The notes: generated by a model from the letters alone, not told the origin. 64,000 nucleotides of DNA from an uncultured Rivularia sp. (GCA_963665115.1 OY762007.1:4352001-4416000), one strand, 5' to 3'; shown: positions 1 through 10,370, counted from the stretch's first letter. A program made the numbers and translations.

Positions 1-190
1 TAATAAGGGTTATTTTCAACCCTCGTGTAATAGCGAACCGGAAGAATTAAAATAAATTATTCATATATCCACCAACATCAGAAATTTTAGAGCTATTCCC
101 AAGTCAATAATGTAGAACTACAAAATATTGTCAATGAGTGTTGGTGAATTACAACTTTGGAAATTGTACTAACAATCAGAATATTTACGC

Positions 191-999
191 TTATTCGATG
201 AGTGAGTAGAGGTAAAGTACTCGCTCCCAAACAATTTGAGCAAGCCGTACATCTAAACAATTTCCAAGGGCTGCTCGACGAGTGCGAGTAATTCCGTTGC
301 CGCTCGGTGTTCCTGTGGGGATGTCCATCTGATTGGCAGCCCGAACTGTAGTTCTAGCCATTCTGGATTGAACACTTGCTTCTTGCCAATTAACCCCAAT
401 TTCTTGGCTTTGGCTTCTGACGCGGGTATTTCCAGGAGGGTCGTCCTTTTCCACTCCAACTCAAAGCTCCTGGACGCGGCAACGAGCAAGAGCCTTTCTC
501 CCGACCATTTAGTTCCAAACCTCGATGTTCCGACAACAATCCATTCCGAATCATACCCACATTCATAAAGCTGCTGGAGCATCTGTTGAAAATATGATCC
601 GGGTTTGTCTCCTGGGTATTGGGGAGCCGACAATAATCCGGGTACATTTTCGAGACAGAAGAATTTGGGTTGGATTCTAGCAACAAGTCGCAAAACTGCG
701 GGAATACAGTCTCGTTCATCGGCTCCTCCCCTTCGATGCCCTTCAATGCTAAACGGTTGACATGGTGGTGATGCGGTAATCGTGTCGATTTCTCCCTTGT
801 GAATTCGGAGGTCGCGCACCGAGTTGTAGATTGGCACACCGGGGAATCGTTTTTGCAAGATTTCTTTACAAAACGAGTCGATTTCACAGAGTCCGCATAG
901 TTGGACTTTTCCTGTGATAATTCCCGAGAGGGGGAAACCGGCTCCAACTCCGCTGCACAAGTCAAGCACTCGGAGTTTTCTTGTTCCCATTTCTCCCAT
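191..999 (-). CDS. C5 DNA cytosine methyltransferase, catalytic (alpha-like) chain; apparent frameshift near 425-440
   Basis: Motifs DLCSGVG (I), CEID (II), ASPPCQPFS (IV) and ENVPG (VI) in ORF 253..999. A motif X-like RRAALGNC lies in ORF 191..454. Removing one base from each of two homopolymer triplets (minus-strand CCC, nt 438-440 and 424-426) joins them. Confidence 0.75.
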
Positions 1000-1157
1000 G
1001 CCTCCTCGTATTCAGCTAAGGTGTCATAATCATCCGGTTCTGGTGGTTCAATACTGTCATCCCAAAAAATCAAAGGATTTCCATCCGAGTCAAGTTTACG
1101 CGGCATTTCTCCAAAATGCGCCGGATTCCAACGGTCAGACTGAGAAATTTCTTTCAC
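253..1157 (-). CDS. Overprinted alternative-frame ORF, putative beta chain of the methyltransferase (motif IX-like tail)
   Basis: A 255-codon frame overlaps the MTase by ~600 nt. It has an acidic N-terminus (PPEPDDYDTLAEYEEAWEKWE) and SLPRPGA. The same two-base correction joins it to FNPEWLELQFGLPIRWT. Confidence 0.6.
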
Positions 1158-1211
1158 TCCTGTTCTCCCATCTGTATTTGTTATGAAACTTTTGCACCCA
1201 TTTAAACTTGT

Positions 1212-2849
1212 TTAGTTAGCCGAGCAAGATATATTTTCTCGCCATTTACGAAGCTGGTGATATATTTCAATCTCGTGGAAGGCTCGGTTTTCCCATATTA
1301 ACGTACCTGGAAGCTTGATCTTATATACCCCATTCGCTATCTCCTTATACTCCTCTATTACACCCTCTTTCTTAGCCTTATTTAATACCCTGATACTATC
1401 CGGAGTAATATCAATCACCCTCCGCTTTTGCTCCTTAGAAAGCGTATTCCAAGCTTGTTCCTTAATTTCTGGGTATTGGCTAAATATGTTTCTAATATCT
1501 TCCCAATCTCCGTGTATTAAAACATCGATTCCCTTGTCAAGTGGTGTCGGCTCCAACTCTGAATCCGATTCTTCTGGCTCCTCTAAATATTGTTCTTCTA
1601 CTTCTTCAGCACTTGTATAAAACCTAGACCTAGTTGTTTCTTTAACTACTTCCAACTCAGTCCAATGAAAATAATGATTGAATCCATCAATCTTGACCAA
1701 AATGGGATTAATATTCTCGCCATTTAATCCGATTACCTTACCTTGTTTATTTTGAAGATTCCCTGTCTTTATTTCTACCGTAGCGGGTATGTCGAAGCCC
1801 ATCGATACCAGAGCATCGTTACGAACATCGGTGTCTACCCATGCTAACTCTTGCTCAAAGTTGTGGTAATTTGCAAGAGTCGCACCCCAAGTTTCTCTCC
1901 ATTGTGGATTGTGGTTAAAAGCATAATTAGAAAGATGCTTGAGCGATGTTGTATCATGCCGAACTATATTCGATATGGCATCCCATCTTTTATCTTGAGG
2001 AACTGCTGCTTCCCAACGTTGGCAATTCTCTACTATCAATTGACCACAATTGGGACTGATTCTACCAATTTCAATGACCGAGGTGATTAGTTGCTCTGAT
2101 AATTCTTCCCATTTCTGCTCGACTGTTTGAGTTGTGCCGGTTGGTGGGGTTTGTTGATTATAACTGTCGTCCACTTCTTGAGTGCTATTTTCTTCTATAT
2201 CATCTACATTTTTGTCAGCACTGTCAACAACTTCATCAAGCTCTTCTGCTTCTGTGACTTTTCGATATAAATCAGCGATCGCACTTCTAATGATATCTTG
2301 AGGTATTAGCCCGAAATTATCCATCAATTTCTGAGTTAATAAGCCCGTTTGTTCGTCAAATTCATACATAGGTGGGAATTGTGCGTAGCGCTCCCCTCTA
2401 CAATTTCTGCGCCATATAGAAGGCTTACTTGGTAGTGCTGACTCTCTTTCCTTTTTAAGTTGTGCTTGCCTTTCCTTAATTAGTGAATCTACGTAAGCAC
2501 AAGTTAAATCCTCTTCGACTTCAGATAGCTGCTCAATTATTGGCTGATATTTTTCCGAACACAATCTTAGTAGCTTTGTCACGGGTAATTGAATTAGAGC
2601 ATTGGGACGATATGCGAAATCTTGAAAATTCTCTGCTAGTTTGAGCGCTCGTTTCTCTTCTGTGCTGCCTTTATCCCAGGCGTAATCATCGAGCAGTTCT
2701 CGATATTCCTTCTTACTGTAAGACCTCTTGTACTCCCACAACAAGAAACTAGCATGAAGGTATTCTACGGTGCTTGTTTCAAGATGCTTTACGGGTGAGG
2801 CATCTATGTTGTGAGTCTCTTGATACGTTGATTTTTCAACTAATTGCAT
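1212..2849 (-). CDS. Hypothetical element protein, 545 aa, acidic, possible KOW-like segment
   Basis: Long ORF with ATG start, co-oriented with the MTase. Segment TVEIKTGNLQNKQGKVIG resembles KOW. Confidence 0.7.
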   Translation of the reverse strand: MQLVEKSTYQETHNIDASPVKHLETSTVEYLHASFLLWEYKRSYSKKEYRELLDDYAWDKGSTEEKRALKLAENFQDFAYRPNALIQLPVTKLLRLCSEKYQPIIEQLSEVEEDLTCAYVDSLIKERQAQLKKERESALPSKPSIWRRNCRGERYAQFPPMYEFDEQTGLLTQKLMDNFGLIPQDIIRSAIADLYRKVTEAEELDEVVDSADKNVDDIEENSTQEVDDSYNQQTPPTGTTQTVEQKWEELSEQLITSVIEIGRISPNCGQLIVENCQRWEAAVPQDKRWDAISNIVRHDTTSLKHLSNYAFNHNPQWRETWGATLANYHNFEQELAWVDTDVRNDALVSMGFDIPATVEIKTGNLQNKQGKVIGLNGENINPILVKIDGFNHYFHWTELEVVKETTRSRFYTSAEEVEEQYLEEPEESDSELEPTPLDKGIDVLIHGDWEDIRNIFSQYPEIKEQAWNTLSKEQKRRVIDITPDSIRVLNKAKKEGVIEEYKEIANGVYKIKLPGTLIWENRAFHEIEIYHQLRKWRENISCSAN

Positions 2850-2926
2850 GATATTATGTCAGCTCGTTTTATTTGACTTTGGTCTTCTTTCAAGACCAAT
2901 TTTTATTTATTCGACTAAATAGAATA

Positions 2927-3553
2927 CTAAGCAGCACTTTGCTTTGTGATACTCTGCTGCTCCCTTTTGCGATGTGCTGCGAGTGCATATGCCAAAGTAT
3001 GTTGGTGATATAAAGGCATCTTCGGAAGTTCGATGTCTCTTCCCCATTCGTATATTGTGCGTTTGGATATTTTTAAGGTTTCAGATAGTAAGGTGAGGTA
3101 TTGTCCCCGAAATTTGGTAGAAGTTACTATTTTTAATTTTTCACTATGCGATAACCCCCTTAAAAGTGTCTCTTCGATGAACTGCATTGCGGCTATTCTT
3201 GGCGCTGTGTAATCACGGCAAGCGATTCTCCTCAATTCGTCTGGGGATAGAGCAATCTGTGCGTAACTACAAGTTTTTCTCGCGTGTTGTGGCATACCTT
3301 CAAAATTTGGATTATCACCCCACTCCCTCACTGTCTTTTTTTGCATCCCTAACAATTTGGAAATCAGGTTCATGCATCTTGTACTATATCCGAACCTAAT
3401 TTCCTCATCTATTATTGCTTCGGGCATTAATTTGTCTATGCCGAAGCAATAACGTAGAAATTCTCTAGGCTCTATGCTTTCGGTTGGTAGGTGTTGGAAA
3501 ATTTGGTAGTTTTGCATTTTTTTACTCATTACAGTTTTACGAATAATTTGCAA
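2927..3553 (-). CDS. Putative DNA-binding protein with two tandem HTH-like repeats, divergent from repressor
   Basis: Internal repeat ISKLLGMQKKTVREWG...MPQHARKTCSYA / LSETLKISKRTIYEWG...MPLYHQHTLAYA. Start codon uncertain. Confidence 0.65.
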   Translation of the reverse strand: MQIIRKTVMSKKMQNYQIFQHLPTESIEPREFLRYCFGIDKLMPEAIIDEEIRFGYSTRCMNLISKLLGMQKKTVREWGDNPNFEGMPQHARKTCSYAQIALSPDELRRIACRDYTAPRIAAMQFIEETLLRGLSHSEKLKIVTSTKFRGQYLTLLSETLKISKRTIYEWGRDIELPKMPLYHQHTLAYALAAHRKREQQSITKQSAA

Positions 3554-3677
3554 CTAATTAGATATTAATACTGTATTGCATAAAACACCATACAATTTTG
3601 TAAATATATGTTCCAGGCATTAGTTTGTAAACTCTTGAAATGCCTGTGGTATCTTTAAAGTAAACGTAGATTAATTT

Positions 3678-4338
3678 ATGTCAAGTGGTGATAACGAACG
3701 CAGACAACGGCTTTCCGTTTTATGTAAGCGACTTCGTGGTAATGAGTCGCTGCGTTCGTTTACCAAAAAGCGGAGTCATGAGCTTAAAGGTATTAGTCAT
3801 GCTTCTTGGAGTTCTTGGGAAAGCAAGAGAGCAGGACTTAGTACGGACTCTTTGGATCGGTTGGCAAGTTTTATTGGTTGTTCGCATCAATCTCTTTTCG
3901 CGTACTTAGACGGCTCCATAACTTTAAGAGAATTGCTTCAACCAACTTCAACGAGTGATATTAAGGTAAACAAGGACTCGCTTTCGGCTCTTTCTCCAGA
4001 TGCCGCTGCTGTATGGATGAAGTCGCTTTCCCTAAAAGACAAATTGCTTGTTGCTTCTCAAGGCTTTCAATTATTCCAAGATCAACTTGACGAGCTTGTT
4101 GAACAAAAAGCCAAAGAATTAGTTGAGCAAGAAGCTCAAGAAACTCATCACTAAAAGAGCTAAAGAGCTAGTTGAAAAAGAACGATTAGAACCAATTGAG
4201 CAAAAAGTCAAATTACTGATAAATTTACTATCTGCCGATGATTATCCCCCATTATCTGAGATTACAAGAGTAGCAGATAAATTAAATTTAAAAATTGAGG
4301 ACTTGATTGAATTATGCAATCGTATTTACGAGGGATAG
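3678..4338 (+). CDS. XRE-like HTH repressor, copy 1 (extra A at ~4141 splits it into ORFs 3678..4154 and 4123..4338)
   Basis: HTH-like SLRSFTKKR...ISHASWSSWE. Deleting one A in GAAACTC restores EAQELI and the C-terminus matching copy 2. Confidence 0.75.
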
Positions 4339-4674
4339 CAAGCAATTTGGGCATGGTAATTGATATTTCTCTACGGAGATTATATCCAGCAGGAAATCTC
4401 CGGGTGGAATACGGTTCCTCAGTTGTTAGAGTGCTAATTTCTAAGCAATAACCTAGAAATCACTGCATTTTCTAGCTTGATGCGATGGGTGACGTAAAAT
4501 TTCGTATTTTTGCATTTTTATCAAGAGTCGATTTTTACGGTTAATTTGCTATTGATTAGATATTAATACTTTTTGGTTTGAAAGGCAACACAAATAGTGA
4601 TGTCTTTTCACATATTTTTAGTTAGAAACTCTTGAAAGGCTTGTGGTATCTTGGAAAAAAAAGTAAATTCGTTT

Positions 4675-5280
4675 ATGCCAAGCGGTGATGATGAACGCAA
4701 GCTACGCCTCTCTATTTTGTGTAAGCGACTTCGTGGTGAAGAGTCGCTACGTGCGTTCACCAAAAAGCGAAGCCAAGAACTTGGAGGTATTAGCTACGCC
4801 GCTTGGGGCGTTTGGGAAAGGGCACAAGGAGATTTGAGTAGTGCTTCTTTAGCTAGGTTGGTAAATTTTCTTGGTTGTTCCTACCAATCTTTTTATGCAT
4901 ACTTAGATGGCTTCATCACTTTGGAGGAGTTAATTCAACCAACTTCAACTTCGGATGTTGAATCAAGCAAGCAATTAGATTTTTCTCCCGATGCAGCTAC
5001 TGTATGGATAAAGTCGCTAGCTCCCGAGGAGCAACTATTTATACTATCTCAAGGTTTTCAAGCGTTTCAGGAACAACTAAATAAGCTTGTTGAACAAAAA
5101 GCCAAGCAATTATTTGAGCAAGAAGCTCAAGAATTGATAAGTTTGCTATCTGGTGATGATTATCCTCGTTTTTCTGAGATTGCAAGAGTCGCAGATAAAT
5201 TCAATTTAAAAACTGAAGACTTAATGGAATTATGTAGTCGTATTTACTCAAGGAGCAAAGAATACGGACATGGTAATTAA
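4675..5280 (+). CDS. XRE-like HTH repressor, copy 2
   Basis: Colinear paralogue of 3678..4338 (LCKRLRG.ESLR.FTKKRS.EL.GIS). The ATG at 4675 aligns with the ATG of copy 1. Confidence 0.8.
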   Translation: MPSGDDERKLRLSILCKRLRGEESLRAFTKKRSQELGGISYAAWGVWERAQGDLSSASLARLVNFLGCSYQSFYAYLDGFITLEELIQPTSTSDVESSKQLDFSPDAATVWIKSLAPEEQLFILSQGFQAFQEQLNKLVEQKAKQLFEQEAQELISLLSGDDYPRFSEIARVADKFNLKTEDLMELCSRIYSRSKEYGHGN

Positions 5281-5603
5281 TATTCCTCTGCGGGGATTAT
5301 ATCCGGCACGAAATCTCCGTTTGAACACTATTACTTTAGGTACGAGCCTCTAAGCATACTAATAAGTTAAATGCTTTCATAGTGCTAATGACTATATTAA
5401 ACAAAATAATTGTGTAATTTAATCGGTAATATTCTTATTAACCAAAAACCATAAACTTTAAGTTTATTCACTATCTTACTTGTAACACTTTTAATTTTGT
5501 GTCTAAATTGATCATGTAAATTGAAGCGCAAGTGCAATTCAATTATATTTGAGTTTTAATTGCACCTCATTGATAGTTGAAAAGCAATCTAACTAAAGAA
5601 GGC

Positions 5604-5996
5604 ATGAAAAATATTCAGCTACTTTATACCCAAAGTACATTAGCTAAACGGTGTAAAGTTAGCCTTCAAACAATTAAAAACTGGTGTTTGTGGGCTGGAC
5701 TTACACCACCGAAAAAAGCAACCTATTTCAGTTGTGATGAATTAGAAGCCTTAGCTGACTTTTATATCGCCTACAAATTTCTGCGCGTACAGCAAGATGC
5801 TTACATAGATACTGTTTTAGGTATGGGTGGCTTAAAAAAGTATATTACCTCAGTACGCCGTATGAGCTTACATCAATTCGTTACGGAGTTTTTAACGATA
5901 GAAGAAAAAGCTAACTTTTTAGTGCAAATTTTAGTTGATAAATTAGAAGAGGAAATTGAAGATGATGAATTTAACTTTGGTGGCACAGCAGCTTGA
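5604..5996 (+). CDS. Small HTH protein (MerR/excisionase-like N-terminus), first gene of element operon
   Basis: YTQSTLAKRCKVSLQTIKNW pattern; ATG at 5604 preceded by GAAGG. Confidence 0.6.
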   Translation: MKNIQLLYTQSTLAKRCKVSLQTIKNWCLWAGLTPPKKATYFSCDELEALADFYIAYKFLRVQQDAYIDTVLGMGGLKKYITSVRRMSLHQFVTEFLTIEEKANFLVQILVDKLEEEIEDDEFNFGGTAA

Positions 5997-6591
5997 AATT
6001 CCCTTAGAGCAACTCAAATCAATTTGTCAGGTATTGAAAATTGAAATTGTTAAAAACGCAATTACGCCAAATGAGAAAGAAAAGATTCAAGAGTTTATCA
6101 GAGCGTGTAAAAACCAAGAAATAACCATAGAACAAGGACTATTAGAGCTACAAGAATTATCTCTTGAAGCCAAAACTCAACAAAAAGCTTTAGGCGAAAG
6201 ATTCAACTTAGGCGAATTTTTCAAGCAACGTATCGGCACCTCCCCAGAAGAATTAAATCCTGGCAGCTACCATTATGATTTATATCAATTACTGTTGAAA
6301 TCCCAATCAATATCTCAAGTTGGTTACGCATTATTTCGAGAAGCTTTTTTACGTCAAACACAGGATTTAATTATGAATGGCACCGAGGAATCATCTATCA
6401 ATCAAAATCAAACAGTTGCTGGTTTTGATAAAGCTTTTGTGAGTATTGAAAATCAATTTGAGCAAAATTTTTTAGGAAATTCAATCAACTGGGAGGAAAA
6501 GCAACATCCGATGTTGAAAGCATCTCAAAAAACAGCGCTACCTTCAACGCAGAAAATCAATACACTAACATCCCCGTCGTCGAAGAAGTAA
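5956..6591 (+). CDS. Hypothetical protein
   Basis: 211-aa ORF overlapping the previous gene, preceded by GAGGA. Confidence 0.65.
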   Translation: MKMMNLTLVAQQLEIPLEQLKSICQVLKIEIVKNAITPNEKEKIQEFIRACKNQEITIEQGLLELQELSLEAKTQQKALGERFNLGEFFKQRIGTSPEELNPGSYHYDLYQLLLKSQSISQVGYALFREAFLRQTQDLIMNGTEESSINQNQTVAGFDKAFVSIENQFEQNFLGNSINWEEKQHPMLKASQKTALPSTQKINTLTSPSSKK

Positions 6592-6608
6592 TTGAGGTAG
6601 TCCCAGAG

Positions 6609-6935
6609 TTGGCAACCGCAACTGTAAAAGCAATCGCACCAACAGTTAATAAAGCTGTAGCTACCGACCGTCGAACCATAGCTGATTTCATGAGGGAAGG
6701 GGGATTTGTTGCAACTACTGCCGCAATCACAACAACAACTACCGTTGCAACAATAGCTGTTTGTGTTACCTCTCCACCAAAACCAGTTTTCTTCAAAATT
6801 ATGCTTGGTGGGATTAGCGGGACTATTTTGGGAGGACTTATTGCAGCACTTATCTTAAGGCACTATAGAAAGGAGGTTTTAAGGAACGATGCTTTCTTCA
6901 CATCAACAGCAGAATCATCAAAACAATCAACTTAG
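6609..6935 (+). CDS. Small membrane protein (two hydrophobic segments); start uncertain
   Basis: Hydrophobic stretches VATIAVCV and IMLGGISGTILGGLIAALIL. The frame is open further upstream. Confidence 0.55.
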   Translation: MATATVKAIAPTVNKAVATDRRTIADFMREGGFVATTAAITTTTTVATIAVCVTSPPKPVFFKIMLGGISGTILGGLIAALILRHYRKEVLRNDAFFTSTAESSKQST

Positions 6936-7854
6936 TAAAGATAATTTTGATGAAGTATGGGTGCCAAATCCTCATGGACAATTACAAGATAGTGCTGCGA
7001 CGCATGGGTTAATCAATGGTATTAAATCCGGAAACTTAGATTCGTTGTTAACTAACCCTTGGCTAATGTCGATTTTCGTTGCAACAGTAATTTTGGTTGT
7101 GATTGCTGCAATTGCAACAATACTCTCCGGTCAACGTTCTACAGAAATTAACCCATCCCAAGAAGCATACTCCGAACTTTTGCAAAAATCCCAGAAACTG
7201 AATGCAACCGATAGCAACTTCCGAGAATATTTGACTCGTAATGATTACAGTTCTGGCTTAGTCAGTAACCCTGGTTTATTACAAGCAGTAGTTTTGGAAG
7301 CGAGTGCAAGATATAGCAACTCCGTTATTGCCAACCAAAACAATCCCCAAAATCCAGCTTATAACCAACACGAGGAAGTAATTAATCACGGTTCTGAAAT
7401 TGAAGCATTGAAACGCATCAATCTCGGAGCATCTGGGAAAAAAGCGGAACTTAGATATGTTGACCCTAGTACAGGCTCTTGGGTCACTATTCCAATAGAT
7501 TCTGCCGAGTTAGCTGCAAGTGGTTTGGTCAAATTAAATATTATCTCTAATAGCAGAAGGGAGACAACACAGCGATTTAATTTGGTGACAATTGCTCAAA
7601 ATACGCGACTTCGCTTATCAGAGGTAAAAGCCGCTATGTTGGAAGCCTTGCGTGTCAAAGGGTTAAGTCCGGTTGCATCGGAACTTGAGAAGACTGATTG
7701 GTTCGGGAATAAAGCCAGCCCATCCGATGCCCAGATATCTGATTATCAGCCCTACCAAGCAGAACCGACTCCCGCAACTCCATTAAATAAACAAGAATCA
7801 TCTGATGAAAATAAACCCTCACCAAAACCAATAGGGGGCAAAAATGCCCAGTAA
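6889..7854 (+). CDS. Single-pass membrane protein
   Basis: TM segment WLMSIFVATVILVVIAAIATIL; RBS AAGGAGG upstream. Confidence 0.7.
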   Translation: MLSSHQQQNHQNNQLSKDNFDEVWVPNPHGQLQDSAATHGLINGIKSGNLDSLLTNPWLMSIFVATVILVVIAAIATILSGQRSTEINPSQEAYSELLQKSQKLNATDSNFREYLTRNDYSSGLVSNPGLLQAVVLEASARYSNSVIANQNNPQNPAYNQHEEVINHGSEIEALKRINLGASGKKAELRYVDPSTGSWVTIPIDSAELAASGLVKLNIISNSRRETTQRFNLVTIAQNTRLRLSEVKAAMLEALRVKGLSPVASELEKTDWFGNKASPSDAQISDYQPYQAEPTPATPLNKQESSDENKPSPKPIGGKNAQ

Positions 7855-9229
7855 ACTAATATTCGCACCCATAACTCTGCTAATAGGAGGTTGGATGTTT
7901 ACCAGTAGTTTTGGCACTAACACAATTCAACAATCAGCAACACCATATTCCACCCAGCAGCAAGTTGTAGAAGTGGAAATGCCTGAACCAGCAAAATCTT
8001 TTCTTCGATTTGGTGGTAGTGCGATCGCAGTATTGGGGACATCAAGTTTAGTGTTTTGGGAATTAGCGAGTAAAAAACATCGCTCCTCAAAACCTCAACT
8101 TTTATTAGCTGCGGGTCAAAACTTTGTCCCAAACACAGTTCAATTGGTCAATCATCCTCAAGGAATTTCATCGGTGCAAAATCATCAAGAGCCACCAGCA
8201 AGTACTAAAATTCCTAAGCAGATTCAAAAACCAAGTGTCTCTCCTGAAGTTGAAGAGTTTCCACCACAAGAAGTTGCAAATTTCTACTTTCCAGGTGGAT
8301 TACCCGACTCGCTATCAAATGATTACGATACACTAAGCAACTTGAAACCACAAAGCAGTTCTGAGGATAAATATGCCGAAGTTAAATCATTAGTTTACGA
8401 AAACACGGTAGGTATCGTTGGCAAGGAAAAAGGCAGCGGTAAAACCTCAAAATTAGGTTATTTAATTGCCGAACATATTAAGCTTGGTCATTTGGTTTGG
8501 ATGATAAACCCCTTCGCCAAAGGTCAGCAGTGGAAAGGTATTAAGGTTTTTGGACGCGGTTATAAATTTGTTGAAGCAACTAATGCCATACGCGAATTTA
8601 CTCGTATTGCATTTTGGAGAATCGCAGAAGCTGGCGATGAAACCAAAGAGTACGAGCCATTTGAAGATTATCACCTGCATCTATCACTCGATGAAATGTC
8701 CAACTACTCCAGCGAAATCGATGCGATTGATTCTACTGTGATGCCTAAATTTTGGGAAGCGGTAGTGCAATTTTTACGACAAGCAAATATGTCTGTTTCT
8801 TTTGCAAGTCATGGTGATACTCAAGCTATGTTAGGTGGAGCTAAGGCTCTAACTGGTAAATCGCAAACTATCAAAGATGCCATAGTTTGGCTTTATGCTC
8901 AAGCTATTACCGATACTAACGTAGAAGGTAATAAACGTTGTGCGGGTTGGGCTTATTTAATTCGTCCAGATGGAGGTGAAAGAGAGAAGACGAGAATTGA
9001 AATTCCTTCTTGGATGCAAGGACCACCTGCAACTCGAATTGATGGAAAGGATAAGTATAACTACATTCAACTTGTTCAAAAATACTGCCCCCAGTATCTG
9101 TATCTTCCAGAGAAGGCCAAAAAACCACCACCAGAAGAAACTTCATCTATACCCATAGATACCGAACAGTTTCGTCAAAAACTAATGGAGCAAGAAGATA
9201 TATGGGGTTCCGATGGAGATAAAACATGA
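7844..9229 (+). CDS. Membrane-anchored P-loop ATPase (FtsK/HerA/coupling-protein-like)
   Basis: Two N-terminal hydrophobic segments, Pro/Gln-rich linker, Walker A-like GKEKGSGKTS, Walker B LHLSLDE, and RQANMSVSFASH. Confidence 0.7.
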   Translation: MPSKLIFAPITLLIGGWMFTSSFGTNTIQQSATPYSTQQQVVEVEMPEPAKSFLRFGGSAIAVLGTSSLVFWELASKKHRSSKPQLLLAAGQNFVPNTVQLVNHPQGISSVQNHQEPPASTKIPKQIQKPSVSPEVEEFPPQEVANFYFPGGLPDSLSNDYDTLSNLKPQSSSEDKYAEVKSLVYENTVGIVGKEKGSGKTSKLGYLIAEHIKLGHLVWMINPFAKGQQWKGIKVFGRGYKFVEATNAIREFTRIAFWRIAEAGDETKEYEPFEDYHLHLSLDEMSNYSSEIDAIDSTVMPKFWEAVVQFLRQANMSVSFASHGDTQAMLGGAKALTGKSQTIKDAIVWLYAQAITDTNVEGNKRCAGWAYLIRPDGGEREKTRIEIPSWMQGPPATRIDGKDKYNYIQLVQKYCPQYLYLPEKAKKPPPEETSSIPIDTEQFRQKLMEQEDIWGSDGDKT

Positions 9230-9291
9230 ACCGTTAACGAGAAAGAGAATAATACAATTCCAATACTTTAATTCATTAATTAGGAGTAACA

Positions 9292-9951
9292 ATGACTAGA
9301 AAACAAGTGTACCGAAGAGATTTACCACAATTGGCTTCAAGCCATCAATTAGATACCAACGTGGTAGATACACGTTATGAAGAATTTGATGACGACCAAT
9401 ATTCTCGTAACAATCAGTGGCATAATCGTGCCTATAATGCCGGACGCTACGCTAAGGGTGCTTACAATTGGGGTCAAAAATGCAGCCGTGGCGTAACCCC
9501 AGCAATGGAAAATGGAGCGGGCGCTGCGATTGGAACTCTAGGCACTGTTGCTAATCATACAAATCCTTTCAAACCCTGGCGTTCATTTGCCTTTTGGAGC
9601 ATGAGTATCGGTACTTTAGTTGTTGGCTCCTGGGTGGCACAATTCTTTTTAGGTGGACTAATTGCAACTCGCAATCCTCGCCAATTACCTCAGAATACTT
9701 CCACTCCAGTCCGTTTTGGTCACGGCGTTATTAATGCTGGTAAGCCTGTCGCTAACGGTGTTTGGAATGGATTTGGTCAAGTTGCAACGGGAGCAGGAGA
9801 TAGTTTGGATAGAGCTGTACGTTTCCAAACTGTTGAATCGAATAATTGGCAACAATCACCTGCCAGTGTGCAGCAGCCAAAACAGACAACTACCTTACCT
9901 TTGACTACTTGGACGGGTGATGGTCAATATCAACCTGTAAGGAGAAAGTAG
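9292..9951 (+). CDS. Membrane protein, Gly-rich
   Basis: RBS AGGAG; TM segment FAFWSMSIGTLVVGSWVAQFFLGGLIA. Confidence 0.7.
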   Translation: MTRKQVYRRDLPQLASSHQLDTNVVDTRYEEFDDDQYSRNNQWHNRAYNAGRYAKGAYNWGQKCSRGVTPAMENGAGAAIGTLGTVANHTNPFKPWRSFAFWSMSIGTLVVGSWVAQFFLGGLIATRNPRQLPQNTSTPVRFGHGVINAGKPVANGVWNGFGQVATGAGDSLDRAVRFQTVESNNWQQSPASVQQPKQTTTLPLTTWTGDGQYQPVRRK

Positions 9952-10001
9952 AAGGGAGTGAGAGAGGGAGAGAAAAATAAAGTACTAAAGGTAAATTAGA
10001 A

Positions 10002-10370
10002 ATGTTCAAAAAATCCGATAAATTCCCTCACTCCCTCCCTCCTTCGCTCCCTCACTCCTGCTGGGTGAGGATTCCTACGTCGAGTTTTTTAATTACAAGT
10101 TCCGTGTTTATTGTATTAATTCTGGATATGGCAAGTCCTGGCTATGCTTCGTTTGCTTTAATCCCAAATATGCAACCATTAATTGCAACGCTGACTAACA
10201 ATATTCGTTCGGCAAATGAAAAGTTGACGCATTCACAATCCTTACCCAGTTCTACTCAAGAAATTCAACAACCTTTAGGACATGAAAATTGTCGAACATT
10301 ATTAGATGCTTACAACAAGAATGCTAAATGTCATTTCAACCTGAAGAATTACTCAAACATCTCCCAATAG
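10002..10370 (+). CDS. Hypothetical exported/membrane protein
   Basis: Hydrophobic segment FLITSSVFIVLILDMA; overlaps the next gene. Confidence 0.5.
   Translation: MFKKSDKFPHSLPPSLPHSCWVRIPTSSFLITSSVFIVLILDMASPGYASFALIPNMQPLIATLTNNIRSANEKLTHSQSLPSSTQEIQQPLGHENCRTLLDAYNKNAKCHFNLKNYSNISQ

Larger units (their letters stand above)
3440..5330. repeat. Diverged tandem duplication (~0.9-1 kb unit) of the divergent promoter, repressor and downstream hairpin
   Basis: Shared blocks aagcaataac.tagaaat, ttttgcatttt, attagatattaatact, aaactcttgaaa.gc.tgtggtatctt and catggtaatt...cgg.gattatatcc.gca.gaaatctccg occur in both 3440-4405 and 4440-5320. Confidence 0.8.
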
